A stretch of 32,000 bases of DNA from Gemmata obscuriglobus (GTDB lineage Bacteria; Planctomycetota; Planctomycetia; Gemmatales; Gemmataceae): assembly GCF_008065095.1 (NCBI RefSeq), contig NZ_CP042911.1:4650001-4682000 (forward strand), written 5' to 3'. The translations under genes and the position numbers were made by a program. Below are positions 8,915 to 18,358 of the stretch, piece after piece. Below the pieces are notes generated by a model. It saw only the letters and a list, made by a program, of their open reading frames with translations. It was not told where the DNA came from and ran no database searches. Within the stretch, counting starts at the first letter, position 1; every line of letters begins with the position of its first letter.

Positions 8915-8959
8915 GGTGATCGTGTCGCATTTCTTGACAAGACGCGACCGCCCGGGAGC
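8915..8959. repeat. Direct repeat copy 2 (45 nt)
   Basis: GGTGATCGTGTCGCATTTCTTGACAAGACGCGACCGCCCGGGAGC lies 224 nt downstream of copy 1. Its 3' end also forms a local hairpin (GGGAGCGGTA TGCAC GTTACCGCTCCC, about 8954-8980). Confidence 0.85.
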
Positions 8960-9049
8960 GGTATGCACGTTACCGCTCCCGGACGATGCCGGCTCATCAG
9001 ATAGCGACACCCACGACGGGTTCGTGTAGGAATGTATCTGCCACTCGCG

Positions 9050-9100
9050 CAGGAGAAAACAACAACGGCACCGGCCAGGAGTTTTCCTGACCGGTGCCGT
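9050..9100 (-). terminator. Intrinsic terminator downstream of the DUF1559 gene 9147-10130
   Basis: The minus strand reads ACGGCACCGGTCAGGA-AAAC-TCCTGGCCGGTGCCGT (16-bp stem with 1 mismatch, 9100-9065), followed by TGTTGTTTTCTCC. Confidence 0.7.
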
Positions 9101-9146
9101 TCGCGCCTTCGAGGTGCCGGGCGCGCCAGGCGCCCGCGCCGCGGTC

Positions 9147-10130
9147 TCAGTCGGTGTTCACGTTCCCGTCGACCGGGTTGCACCAGTTCCCCCACGCGTC
9201 GAGCGAGATGGACGCGTTAAACGCCCGCACGCTCCCGTCGCCCATCGCCGCCTGGAGCACGCCCGCGGACAGCCCCTGCGGGCAGTCGTACATGGCCTGG
9301 CTCTGCGCGGGGCGCACCTGGAAGGGGACCAGGCTCGACGCCGGGCCGCAACTGGCGGGCCGACTGGTGACCGTTTGGTTGTAAAAGTAGTTGTAAATGA
9401 TCTTTGGGTTGGTCGTCGAGGAATTGTTGTCCGGCCGGTACTGGTAGGGCTGGAAGTTCCACCCCGGCCGCTTCGTGACCGTCTGGCCGGACGTGGTCAC
9501 CGTGGTCATGGTGGCGGCGGCGTAGGCCTCCGTCCAGAACACGACGTTCGAGACGCCGTCGAGCATCTGGCCGAACTTCGCCTGCCCGCCCGAGCTGGAG
9601 AACACCCGGTCGTTACCGCTCCCGAACCCGTTGGCGATGTAGCTGCACGGGCCGGTGTTCTCGGGGTCGGTGTCGAGCGTCGGGTCGAGCCGCGAGACGA
9701 GGCACGGGACGCGCCCGGCCGGGGCGGTCCAGTTCGCCTGCCAGGGGCCGCCGGTCGGGCTCTCGTACCCGCCCGGGTAGTTGAGCAGCTTCGCGGTCGC
9801 CGGCGCGGGGGTGAGCTGGTTGGCCTGCTCGATGTACGGCAGGATGTGGAACACGGCCGGCCCGTAGGGGCCGCTCCCGGAGCCGCTCGCGCCCCCGGCG
9901 GTGTAGCCGAACAGCGGCGGCATGCACCGCCGGGCGTCGTGGTAGTTGTGCGTGGCCAGCGCCAGTTGCTTGAGGTTGTTCTGGCTCTCGGTCCGGGCGG
10001 CCGCCTCGCGCACCTTCTGCACGGCGGGCAGGAGCAGCCCGATGAGGACCGCGATGATCGCGATCACCACCAAGAGTTCGATCAGCGTGAACCCGCGGCG
10101 GGGCGCGGCGGGCGGTAACGAAGTGGCCAT
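9147..10130 (-). CDS. DUF1559 family protein with a prepilin-type N-terminal cleavage/methylation leader
   Basis: The N-terminus [55 protein letters not shown] is the planctomycete DUF1559 signature. The C-terminal MGDGSVRAF resembles the DG part of the H-X9-DG module. Confidence 0.88.
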   Translation of the reverse strand: MATSLPPAAPRRGFTLIELLVVIAIIAVLIGLLLPAVQKVREAAARTESQNNLKQLALATHNYHDARRCMPPLFGYTAGGASGSGSGPYGPAVFHILPYIEQANQLTPAPATAKLLNYPGGYESPTGGPWQANWTAPAGRVPCLVSRLDPTLDTDPENTGPCSYIANGFGSGNDRVFSSSGGQAKFGQMLDGVSNVVFWTEAYAAATMTTVTTSGQTVTKRPGWNFQPYQYRPDNNSSTTNPKIIYNYFYNQTVTSRPASCGPASSLVPFQVRPAQSQAMYDCPQGLSAGVLQAAMGDGSVRAFNASISLDAWGNWCNPVDGNVNTD

Positions 10131-10174
10131 GGCCTCTGCCTGAGAATGATGAATGGGATGAAAGGCCCGCGGCG

Positions 10175-10699
10175 TTACCGGCTGGTGAGCGCCACGTCGA
10201 ACGTCTGCGGGCCGCGCACAACGGTGTAGCGGAGTGCAGTCTTGGCCGGGCCGTACCGGGCCTCGGCGGCGAGTGCCGTGCGGAGCACGTCCGCCGGCGG
10301 CGGCGCCTGGTCGATCCAGTCCCAGCCCGGCCCGGGGTCGGGGTTCCCGAGCTGCACCTGGATCTGGCGCTCGGTCAGCGGGCGGCTGGTGTAGGCCACC
10401 TTCATCGGCCCCTCGGGCACCAGCCCGGCCTGGTACCGGCCGTCCCCCCCGACCATCCCCTGACCGGCGAGCCCCTGCGGGCCGATGAAAAACACCGCCC
10501 CGGTCGGCAGCGGCTTGCCGTCGCAGGTCACCGTACCGGTGATGAGGGTGTTCGCGGCGCCGGTGCCGAACCCGCCGCCCGGCGGGGCGGGGGTCTGAAT
10601 GGCCTGCCCGGGGCGCGCCATCAGGACCGCCGCCGCCCCGACGAGGACCAGAGCCATCAACACCACCGCGGCCACCAGTGTCGCACGCTTCCGCTTCAT
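10175..10699 (-). CDS. Small membrane-anchored or secreted protein with a carboxypeptidase-regulatory-like beta-sandwich segment (tentative)
   Basis: [28 protein letters not shown] is a signal or anchor sequence. It is followed by [19 protein letters not shown]...[25 protein letters not shown] ribosome-binding site lies 5 nt before ATG 10699. The ORF-track extension to 10810 overlaps the upstream gene. Confidence 0.65.
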   Translation of the reverse strand: MKRKRATLVAAVVLMALVLVGAAAVLMARPGQAIQTPAPPGGGFGTGAANTLITGTVTCDGKPLPTGAVFFIGPQGLAGQGMVGGDGRYQAGLVPEGPMKVAYTSRPLTERQIQVQLGNPDPGPGWDWIDQAPPPADVLRTALAAEARYGPAKTALRYTVVRGPQTFDVALTSR

Positions 10700-10784
10700 A
10701 CCTGCCCTCCGGTGCGGAGCCCTGTCGGCACGTTCGCGCCCCGCGCGGGGCCGCGCGCCGACCAAATATCCGCGCCTCGCGCGG

Positions 10785-11750
10785 TTAGTAATCGCTGCCC
10801 GGCACGTCACCTTTGGCCGGGGTGACGAGCGCGTCCCACGTGGCCTGGCTGACCGCGGACGTGATCCCCCCCACGCTCCCGTCCGCCTTGGCCACCTGGA
10901 GCACGTTCGACCGCGGCCGGGACTGCGGGGCGATGGCGCTCGCGGCGGACGTGCCGGTCGGGATCTCGAACGTCAGGGCGGGGACCTCGATCGGCACCGG
11001 CGGGGTGTCGTTCGTCATCAGGTTCGCGCCGAAGGTCGGGCCGACGTTGAACGTGCCCTTGTAGTAGCCCGACGGGGTGTACGTGTTGCCCACGCTCTCC
11101 GCGCCGATCATGAGCGAGCCGCTGCGGACGCAGGAGTACGAGTTGCCGCCCGCTGTGATCGTCTGGTACACGCTCCCCACGCCCTGGGCCAGGAGCAGCG
11201 TGTTGGTCGTGCCGTCCGGGATCAGCGCGAGCGAGCGGGTGCCGTCGAACACCTGGTAGTTGCACAGGTAGCTGACGGCCGGGCTGCTGAACGAGTCGTT
11301 CGGGTCGGTGTACACTTTGACCACCGCGCTGCTCGGCACCTTGCTGCCGCGGAACGCGTTGAACTGGTAGCCCGGCGGGTAGGTCACCGTGATGTTCGGC
11401 GGCCGGCCGCTGTAGACCGGGGACCCGACCCCGTACGCCGCCTGGAACACCGTGTCCTGCTCGACGAACGGGAGCAGCGCGAAGAACGCCGTGCCGTTGG
11501 TGCCGCCGTCGCCCGGGGTGGACGGCGACCAGCCGCAGTAGATCGGCAGCGCCTTGCGGGTCGCGTCGTAGTTGTGCGCGGCCAGCGCGATCTGCTTGAG
11601 GTTGTTCTGGTTCTGGGCGCGGTAGGCGGCCTCGCGGACCTTCTGAACGGCCGGCAGCAAGAGCCCGATGAGGATCGCGATGATCGCGATCGCCACCAAT
11701 AATTCGATCAGCGAAAAGCCCGGTCGGCGACCGGACACGCGCGCGATCAT
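10785..11750 (-). CDS. DUF1559 family protein with a prepilin-type N-terminal leader (paralogue of 9147-10130)
   Basis: The N-terminus [55 protein letters not shown] carries the family signature, and the C-terminus has [13 protein letters not shown] lies 7 nt upstream of the ATG. Confidence 0.88.
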   Translation of the reverse strand: MIARVSGRRPGFSLIELLVAIAIIAILIGLLLPAVQKVREAAYRAQNQNNLKQIALAAHNYDATRKALPIYCGWSPSTPGDGGTNGTAFFALLPFVEQDTVFQAAYGVGSPVYSGRPPNITVTYPPGYQFNAFRGSKVPSSAVVKVYTDPNDSFSSPAVSYLCNYQVFDGTRSLALIPDGTTNTLLLAQGVGSVYQTITAGGNSYSCVRSGSLMIGAESVGNTYTPSGYYKGTFNVGPTFGANLMTNDTPPVPIEVPALTFEIPTGTSAASAIAPQSRPRSNVLQVAKADGSVGGITSAVSQATWDALVTPAKGDVPGSDY

Positions 11751-11810
11751 GGCGAAACCTCCGGAAAGAAAACGACCGGGGCAGTGTCCGACGGCGGCCG
11801 GTGGTGCCCC

Positions 11811-11851
11811 GAGAATAAACGACCGGTTCAGGAGGGAGAGGGAACCGGTCG
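11811..11851 (-). terminator. Intrinsic terminator just after the ECF-WD40 gene
   Basis: The minus strand reads CGACCGGTTC-(12-nt loop)-GAACCGGTCG (11851-11820) followed by TTTATTCTC. It starts 3 nt after the stop codon. Confidence 0.65.
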
Positions 11852-11854
11852 GGA

Positions 11855-14800
11855 TCAGCGCGAGGCGGGCGGCGCGGGCATCCGGGCCAGCGCCGCCTCG
11901 ATCTCGGCCTTGAGTCCCGGGCTGCCGCGGCGGGCCGCGTCCTCCAGGGCACGCCGCGCGGCCGGGGTGCCCGCCCGCTCCAGGGTCGCCACGATGCGGG
12001 CGGCGGTCGCGCGGGCCGGGTTGGCGGCGGACTCCAGCCGGGCGACGAGTCGCTCCAGCCGGAACCGCGCCTCGGCGGGCGGGTCCGAGGCCAACCGCTT
12101 CCGCAGCGCCGGGCCGACGGCCTCGCCCGCCTTCTCAAGGGCGGTTTGTGCCCGCTCGCGAACCGCGAAGGCGTCGTCACCGAGTTCGTCGATCCAGCGC
12201 GCGACGTCGGCCGCGTCCGGTTCCGGGGGCGAGGCCAGTTTGGGGGCGAGCAACCGGACGGCGTCGTCGGGCCGCTCGGACAGGGCCAGCCCGGCCCGGT
12301 GGGCCGCCCCCACGTCGGCCCCCAGAACCGCGTCGCGGAGCTCGCCGACGGGCCGGCCCCCGCCCGCGTTGCGGAGGTCCGTGACGCCCCACACGAGCGC
12401 GGTCCCGTCGACGCTGCCGGACGCGAGCCGGCGGCCGTCGGGCGCGAACGCAAGGGCAACAACCGCCCCCCGGTGCCCACGGAAGCGTTTGGCGAGCCGG
12501 CCGGTGGCCAAGTCCCAGACCGCGACCGCCCCGTCCGTACCCCCGGCGGCTAAGAGCCGCCCGTCCGGCGAGAACGCCAACGCCCCGGGCCGCTCCGGAC
12601 ATTCGAGTTGCTGGCCCGTCCGCCCGGAGGACACTTCCACCAGCGAGACCGCGCCCTCCCAGGTGACGGCCGCCAGCCACCGCCCGTCGGCCGACAGAGC
12701 GGGCGCCACCTGGAACAGGTCCCAGCTCGTCTGCGAGACCGACACCGGGCGCGCGCGCCCGGCGGCCACGTCCCACAACTCGACCGCGACCCGGGGCGGC
12801 AGTGGACCGCCCCCCGGCGCACGCGGCGGCCAGTCGTGGGTCACCGCCGCGAGCGTCCGCCCGTCCGCGGAGAGCGCCAGCCGGGCCGCCGTCGCGCGCG
12901 TCGTCAGCCGACGAACGCCCTTCCCGGTGGGATCGATCACGTCAACCGTCGCGCCGGACGCCACCGCGACCCGCTCCCCGCTCGCGGCCACCGCGAACGG
13001 GGCGAGGTGCCCGGACGTACCGGAAACCCACGTCTGACCGCTCGGGAGCGCCACCGACTCGGCCGCGCGGGTCCGCAGGTCCAGCACTTGAATCGAACCG
13101 GGGTCGGGCGGGACGGGCGGGCGGCAGAGCGTCAGCGGCCGCGAACCGGTCGCCCACCCCAGCCCGACGAACCCGGTCCCCGCCGGTGGAACCAGAGGCG
13201 AGCCGGGTTCGCCCGTCGCCGCGTCCCAGACGCAGACCTCATCCGCCCGATCGGCGAACGTCAGCACCGAGCGCCCGTCCTGAGAGAACGCCACCGCCCG
13301 TATTCCGCCTTGCACCTGTCCCCGCGGACCCGCGGGCCGACCGGTCGCGAGGTCCCATACCGTGACCGCACCGAGCGAAGACGTGGCCAGATACTTCCCG
13401 TCGGGGGAGAGCTGCTTGGCCACATCCAGGTTGTTGTTGAGCGTGTGGAGCACGAGCGCAGGGATGGGAAGCGCGCCTCGGACCTCCGCACCGGTCGCGG
13501 GCGCCCGAACCCGAACCCGCCCGCCTTCGACTTCGACGAGTTCCTTGCCGCCCGGGAGGAACGCGAGGCCGCGACGCGCGCCATCCCGAACCGTCCAGCT
13601 CCCCAGCTCTTTACCGCTCGCGACATCGACCAGCCGCACCGCCCCGCTCGCGGCCCGCACGACCGCCCGGCCGTCGGCCGACTGGCTCACGTCGACGAAC
13701 ACCTCGCCCGGGGGTGCGTCCAGCGCGCGGGCCGCGCGCCCGGCCGGGGCGTCCCAGAACACGAGCCGGTCCGCCCAGGCGTCCCGGCCGCTACCGCAGA
13801 TGACGGCGAGGTACTTCCCGCCCGCCGCCGACACCGCACGGGTTCGCCCGGGCAGGTTCGCGACCTCGGCCCCCGTGCCGGCGTTGAACAGCCTGGTACA
13901 CTTCCCGTCCCAGTCGCCGGCCGCGACGACGCTCCCGTCCGGCGAGAACGCGAGCGCGGGGACGGCCGGTTGGGGCGGGGTCTGTTTCGCACGCCACGTC
14001 CAGGCGACGCGCGGCGCGCCGGCGCCGAGTTCCCACACCCACACTTCCGCCGCCCCCGCCACCGCCAGCCGCCGACCGGTCGGGTCCGCGACCACCCAGC
14101 GGGCACCGGCCGGGCCGTCGAACGTCAGAACCCGCTTGCCCGTCGCAGCGTCCCAGAGCGACACCTCGGCCCCGCCGTGGACCGACGCCAGCGTCTTGCC
14201 GTCCGGGAAAAAGGCCACGTCCTCGGCCCCGGCGGCCCGGCCGGCCCGGAACCGGTCCGTTCCGATCCGCGCCACGGCGCCGGTCGGCAGTTCGTCGCCG
14301 AGCCCGTCAACCAGCGGAGCCGGTTGCGGCGCCAGCGGGGCCGCGGGCTCCGGTGACACGACCGCGGGCCGTTCCGCCTGCACCACGGCCCCGCCGATCG
14401 CGCCGAGCCCGACGAGGCCGGCGAGCGCCAGTAGCAACCCGTACAACTTGAACCGGGCGGCCTCACCCGAACCGGTCAAACCGACGGCCAACTGGGCTGC
14501 GGCGCTGGCCAGCGACTTCCCGCCCGCCGCAGCCAGCGCGCCGGCGGTCGCCGTCGCGGTCAGCCCGGCAGGAACCGCTTCGCCCGCGCCGGTCGCGACA
14601 CCCCCGAGGACGGCGACCAGGGTCGCAGCCGAGACGGCGGTCCCGCGCCGGACGAGCCGGCCGCGCAGCGCCTCCAGCCCGCGGCGGAGGCGCGCGGCGA
14701 TGGCCCGGTCGGTCACGCCCAGAATGCGGCCGACCTCGGCCTGCGTTTTGCCTTCGAGGTAGTAGAGCGAAAGCGCGACCCGCAGCCCGGCGGGCAGCCC

Positions 14801-15235
14801 GGCCAGCTCCTCCCGAACGATCGCGAGCAGGTCCTCTTCGGGGGCCACCTCCTCGACCGCCGGGGCGGCCTGAGCGGACAGCCGCCGGTGGGCGAGTTCG
14901 CGCCGGCGCGCGGCCACACGGGCGTTCGCACTCGCCCGCAACGCCACCGTGCGCAGCCACCCCTCTAGCGTGCCCGGGCACACCTTCCCGGCGTCTCGCG
15001 CGAGGGCGATGAAGACCGCCTGGAACGCGTCCTCGGCGTCGGCGTCGCTCCCCAGCGCCAGCCGGCAGGTGTCCCACACGACGTGCCGGTACCGGACGAC
15101 GAGCGCGGCGAACGCGTCCTCGTCCCGGCTCGTGGCAAACGCGGACAGGAGTTCCGCATCGGTTCGCGACTCACACCGCAGCGGCAAGGCGAGTTCTCGG
15201 ATCCGCTGCGCCAATCCTTGGGGTACCGCGGGCAT
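11855..15235 (-). CDS. ECF-type sigma-70 factor fused via one TM helix to a large WD40 beta-propeller region and a C-terminal helical-repeat tail
   Basis: The N-terminus has sigma region 2 ([23 protein letters not shown]...[12 protein letters not shown]) and region 4 ([45 protein letters not shown]). A TM helix follows ([22 protein letters not shown]). Then come many WD-type repeats (e.g. [12 protein letters not shown]...[62 protein letters not shown]). ATG at 15235; an alternative GTG at 15259. Confidence 0.88.
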   Translation of the reverse strand: MPAVPQGLAQRIRELALPLRCESRTDAELLSAFATSRDEDAFAALVVRYRHVVWDTCRLALGSDADAEDAFQAVFIALARDAGKVCPGTLEGWLRTVALRASANARVAARRRELAHRRLSAQAAPAVEEVAPEEDLLAIVREELAGLPAGLRVALSLYYLEGKTQAEVGRILGVTDRAIAARLRRGLEALRGRLVRRGTAVSAATLVAVLGGVATGAGEAVPAGLTATATAGALAAAGGKSLASAAAQLAVGLTGSGEAARFKLYGLLLALAGLVGLGAIGGAVVQAERPAVVSPEPAAPLAPQPAPLVDGLGDELPTGAVARIGTDRFRAGRAAGAEDVAFFPDGKTLASVHGGAEVSLWDAATGKRVLTFDGPAGARWVVADPTGRRLAVAGAAEVWVWELGAGAPRVAWTWRAKQTPPQPAVPALAFSPDGSVVAAGDWDGKCTRLFNAGTGAEVANLPGRTRAVSAAGGKYLAVICGSGRDAWADRLVFWDAPAGRAARALDAPPGEVFVDVSQSADGRAVVRAASGAVRLVDVASGKELGSWTVRDGARRGLAFLPGGKELVEVEGGRVRVRAPATGAEVRGALPIPALVLHTLNNNLDVAKQLSPDGKYLATSSLGAVTVWDLATGRPAGPRGQVQGGIRAVAFSQDGRSVLTFADRADEVCVWDAATGEPGSPLVPPAGTGFVGLGWATGSRPLTLCRPPVPPDPGSIQVLDLRTRAAESVALPSGQTWVSGTSGHLAPFAVAASGERVAVASGATVDVIDPTGKGVRRLTTRATAARLALSADGRTLAAVTHDWPPRAPGGGPLPPRVAVELWDVAAGRARPVSVSQTSWDLFQVAPALSADGRWLAAVTWEGAVSLVEVSSGRTGQQLECPERPGALAFSPDGRLLAAGGTDGAVAVWDLATGRLAKRFRGHRGAVVALAFAPDGRRLASGSVDGTALVWGVTDLRNAGGGRPVGELRDAVLGADVGAAHRAGLALSERPDDAVRLLAPKLASPPEPDAADVARWIDELGDDAFAVRERAQTALEKAGEAVGPALRKRLASDPPAEARFRLERLVARLESAANPARATAARIVATLERAGTPAARRALEDAARRGSPGLKAEIEAALARMPAPPASR

Positions 15236-15442
15236 CGTGAGCGCTCCGAACGCTGACACACTGTTCTTGGTTAAGTCAACGCTCCGGGCACGAACCGAAA
15301 CGGAATTCCTAAAAAATACCTCCGCCGGCCACGATTCCTACACGCTCGTCCGCGGCTCCCGCCGTTCGGGTTGCCGTAAGTCATTTTGTGGCCAATATGA
15401 TTGTGCAATCGAAGTCATTGCGAATATCGACGGGGGAAAATC

Positions 15443-15507
15443 GGGTAGGAGGCGGGATTGCCCCGCCGTCCTCCCACACCACCGGACGTACTTACGTATC
15501 CGGCGGT
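15443..15507 (-). ncRNA. Group II intron domains V and VI (catalytic hairpin and branch-site hairpin)
   Basis: Domain V reads CCGCCGGA-UAC-GUAA-GUA-CG-UCCGGUGG. It has a lower helix with a CGC triad whose G makes a G-U wobble, a 2-nt CG bulge and a GNRA (GUAA) loop. Domain VI reads GGGAGGA(C)GGCGGG...CCCGCCUCCU[A]CCC with the bulged A 6 nt before the 3' end. Confidence 0.75.
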
Positions 15508-15509
15508 TC

Positions 15510-16958
15510 CTAACGTGTTTGCAACTTCTCGTACCGACCGACGAGATTCACCAATCCGAGCGTCTCCCACCAACTGGATGGCATCGCCTGGTTCGCCACC
15601 GGCGTCCCCGACTTCCGCCACCAGCCCTTCCCCGACAACGCGGTACACCACGCCTGACGCAGCGACACGCCCTGCCGAGCGAAGAAATCTACCATCGGCT
15701 TCACTCGCTTGCACTGCTTCAACCGCACGCACCGCAGCTTCCGGCGAACCCAGCCGTCCAGCTCGGTCAGGTGATTTTTCATCGCCGCGTGGCGAAAATA
15801 CGTCACCCAGCCGGTCAGAAACGAGTTGAGTTCCCTGACCATCCGCTCGAGGCCGATGCCCCGATTCCGACGGGTGATCGCCCGGATGCGGTCCTTGGCC
15901 CGCTCCAGACTCGCCGGCGCGATCCCCAACCGCCCGTCGCTCAGGAGGCGATAGCCGAGGAACTTCCGCTCCTCGACCCGTGCCACCGCACTCTTCTCCC
16001 GATTGACGCGCAACTTGAGTTTCGCCTCCAGGAACGTCACGACCGACGCCATCACCCGACGACCGGCCGCCTCCGACCGCACGTAAATGTTGCAGTCATC
16101 CGCGTACCGGCAGAAGGTGTGGCCCCGGCGCTCCAGTTCCTGGTCCAGGTCGTCCAACAGCAGATTCGCCAGCAGCGGCGACAGCGGACCCCCTTGCGGC
16201 GTCCCCTCGTGACGTGCGACACACACACCGTCTTGCATCAGCCCCGCTTCCAGGAAGCGACGCACGATCCGCAACAAGCGCGTGTCCGACACACGACGCG
16301 CCAGCCGGGCCATCAGGATGTCGTGGTTCACCCGGTCGAAAAACTTCTCCAGGTCCACGTCCACCACAATCGCTCGACCATCCGCCACGTACTCCTTCGC
16401 CTTCAACAGCGCCTGGTGAGCGCTCTTGCCGGGACGGAAGCCGTAGCTGGATTCCGAAAAGGTCGGGTCCAACAAACGCGTCAGCACTTGCAGAATCGCC
16501 TGCTGAACCAGACGATCCACCACCGTCGGAATCCCTAACTGCCGCTCGCCTCCGCCCGGCTTCGGGATCAAAACCCCACGCACCGGACTCGGACGATACG
16601 ACCCGTCGAGCAGACTCGACAGCAGTTCCTGCTTGTGCTCGGCGATCCAGCGGAGCGAGTCCTCGACGGTCATCCCGTCGATTCCCGGTGCCCCTTTGTT
16701 CGCCTTCACCCGAGAGTAAGCTTGGTTGAGATTGCCTCGCTGGCACACCTCCTCCATCAGACGATCCGTCAAGGCGCGTGACGGCTCCAACGCCGCAGAC
16801 GCTTGTGACTCCTCGACCACACCCGCTCCGGTTCCGCCTTCGCCGGTTGTGTCGTGGCGCCGGTCGGCCTCCGAGCCCTCGAAGAGGGTCCGTTGGTCCG
16901 GCCGGCCTTGCGGTCGCTTCACGCCCATCGAGTCGGCTCCGGCTGCTCCTTGGCACAT
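15510..16958 (-). CDS. Group II intron-encoded reverse transcriptase/maturase (no C-terminal HNH/En domain evident)
   Basis: RT blocks include NLNQAYSRVKANKGAPGIDGMTVED, VLIPKPGGGERQLGIPTVVDRLVQQA, VDVDLEKFFDRVNHDILM, GTPQGGPLSPLLANLLLD, FCRYADDCNIYV (YADD) and KFLGYRL. A maturase-like tail follows (LTGWVTYFRH...). The stop lies 2-3 nt before domain V. The start is uncertain (ATG 16958 or 16928). Confidence 0.92.
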   Translation of the reverse strand: MCQGAAGADSMGVKRPQGRPDQRTLFEGSEADRRHDTTGEGGTGAGVVEESQASAALEPSRALTDRLMEEVCQRGNLNQAYSRVKANKGAPGIDGMTVEDSLRWIAEHKQELLSSLLDGSYRPSPVRGVLIPKPGGGERQLGIPTVVDRLVQQAILQVLTRLLDPTFSESSYGFRPGKSAHQALLKAKEYVADGRAIVVDVDLEKFFDRVNHDILMARLARRVSDTRLLRIVRRFLEAGLMQDGVCVARHEGTPQGGPLSPLLANLLLDDLDQELERRGHTFCRYADDCNIYVRSEAAGRRVMASVVTFLEAKLKLRVNREKSAVARVEERKFLGYRLLSDGRLGIAPASLERAKDRIRAITRRNRGIGLERMVRELNSFLTGWVTYFRHAAMKNHLTELDGWVRRKLRCVRLKQCKRVKPMVDFFARQGVSLRQAWCTALSGKGWWRKSGTPVANQAMPSSWWETLGLVNLVGRYEKLQTR

Positions 16959-17385
16959 TAAGTTCGGCCCTTCGTTCGTCCTTACGAGGTGTGGGTGCCT
17001 CCCCCGTGGATCGCTCCACCGGACGGACGAGTTACTACGGCCTCGGCTGACTTCTCCCGAACCATCCCCCCACCGTTACCGGTCGCGGTGCGAAGATCGC
17101 CTTCGCGGATCGGGAGATCTCCCAGGGTAAGTTGCGTTGCTTCGTCGAGCGACCGCCGGATTTACCCGCGTGTGCGTCCGAGTGAGATTGGGCTTCGCGG
17201 TCCGTTGCCCGCTGACCCCGCCACGCCGGCCTGATATCCGGTTCCTGTTCGTCGGCTCCCGACTGGGGGCTTCGGCTTCCTTCAGATTCCGCCTCGCGAC
17301 GGGCACCCTTGCCTCGCCTTGCGGTTCCGCTCACCACGGCCCGCGGAGGACTTCCACCTCCTCATACGCAACATGCCTGGCACAC

Positions 17386-17418
17386 AAGCAAAAGGCCCGC
17401 TCGCGTCGCGAGCGGGCC
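17386..17418 (-). terminator. Intrinsic terminator of the HEAT-repeat gene, and the intron insertion site
   Basis: The minus strand reads GGCCCGCTCGC-GAC-GCGAGCGGGCC (17418-17394) followed by TTTTGCTT. The intron GUGUG follows directly. Confidence 0.8.
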
Positions 17419-17440
17419 GTGCGAGCGATGGCGAGCGCTT

Positions 17441-17980
17441 TTATTTCCGCATGCCTTTAATCACCTGAACAGCACTTGTGGCAGCTTTGTTGAGCTGACT
17501 AAGTGGCCCCTTTTTTTCGCCCTTGGTCTCTTTCGCCACACCTTGTAGCGCAGGTAGTGCAGCCTTGGCAGTCATGCCCATCGCGGCGAGCCCCTTTGCC
17601 GCCCCGATCTTCACACCGGTTTCTTTGTCGTCCTTGAGCATTTTCACCAGTATCTCGCCGGCCTTCTCGTAAGGCTCGTCGGCCTTACCGAGGGTCTCCG
17701 CGGCGGCCGCGCGCACACCGGGATCTTTGTCCTCCGCGGCCTTGTAGATGTCTGGCAGCGAGTCCTGCACCAGCGACTTCTTGATCTGCGCCAGTTCGCC
17801 GAGTTCCTGAAGCGCGGTGACGCGGGCCTTCGCGTCCTTGCTCTTCCGCAGATCGGCGGTCAGCTTCTTGACCCGCTCCTCCTTCTCGCCGGCAAAAGCC
17901 TCGTCCTTGACGCACAGGAATAGTGCGCCGTTGAACAGAGCGATCGCGCACATCGCCCGCATCAGCTTGGTGGCCCCCAT
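17441..17980 (-). CDS. Small secreted HEAT/armadillo-type repeat protein
   Basis: MGATKLMRAMCAIALFNGALFLCVKDEAFA is signal-like. Helical repeats follow (ARVTALQELGEL, DPGVRAAAAETLGKA, ETGVKIGAAKGLAAMG). Only the last 179 codons of the 663-aa track ORF are credible, because the remainder is antisense to murB. Confidence 0.7.
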   Translation of the reverse strand: MGATKLMRAMCAIALFNGALFLCVKDEAFAGEKEERVKKLTADLRKSKDAKARVTALQELGELAQIKKSLVQDSLPDIYKAAEDKDPGVRAAAAETLGKADEPYEKAGEILVKMLKDDKETGVKIGAAKGLAAMGMTAKAALPALQGVAKETKGEKKGPLSQLNKAATSAVQVIKGMRK

Positions 17981-18358
17981 ACTCAACTCCGCGAAAGGTA
18001 GGTCCGGACTCGCGGCGCGCCCGGAACCGGAGGCGCCCTGTTTTTTAACACTACAACGGAATTCTCGTACCGGTTCGACGCAAGAGTGTGGATTTTCGTT
18101 CCTCGAACCCGGCCTTTGTGCTTGAACGCCCCGCCACACCCGCTGCCGGAAAACCGATGGGCTCGCACGCTCACCGGACACGCGATTCCCGGGCATGTTT
18201 CGCACGGCGTTCTCCGCCGGTGATGTCTCCACGCGTGCGACAAAGCACCCGTGGCGCATCGACGCGGGCCGGCAACCCGAAACCGACCAGGGAAGTTCGC
18301 GCGCGTTGCTACAAAACACTTTGTTGCAGCGATACAGTAAGGGGCAAGGAGGCCGTGC

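Larger units (their letters stand above)
15440..17385 (-). mobile_element. Group II intron, class C (IIC)-like, apparently full length (about 1.95 kb)
   Basis: The 5' end GUGUG at 17385 lies 8 nt after a terminator hairpin. There is an internal RT/maturase ORF, domain V at 15479-15506, domain VI with a bulged A at 15446, and a 3' end ...GAU at 15440. See the finding for details. Confidence 0.85.

Noticed and set aside
8691-8959. CRISPR array
   Set aside because: There are only two repeat copies. The spacer is about 180 nt and is itself a palindrome, and no cas genes are present in the window.
10599-12480. ORFs 10599-11702 (+) and 10807-12480 (-) overlapping the DUF1559 gene and the sigma-gene 3' end
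   Set aside because: They are in the wrong frame or strand relative to a protein with the diagnostic DUF1559 leader. The 557-aa ORF also runs through the terminator at 11811-11851.
11784-14762. Three long plus-strand ORFs (11784-13037, 12608-14356, 13362-14762) opposite the WD40 region
   Set aside because: They are antisense to a frame with dozens of WD-repeat signatures. The products are Arg/Pro/Ser/Ala-rich with no repeats or motifs.
15260-15439. ECF- or sigma70-type promoter for the sigma-WD40 gene (GGAAT and TTGACT boxes on the minus strand)
   Set aside because: The spacings to any plausible -10 element (CGT-type or TATAAT-like) do not fit, so I cannot support a call.
14949-17019. ORFs 14949-16538 (+) and 16096-17019 (-) across the intron
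   Set aside because: They are antisense or out of frame to the RT/maturase ORF, which has all the RT blocks. The first would also span the intron-exon boundary.
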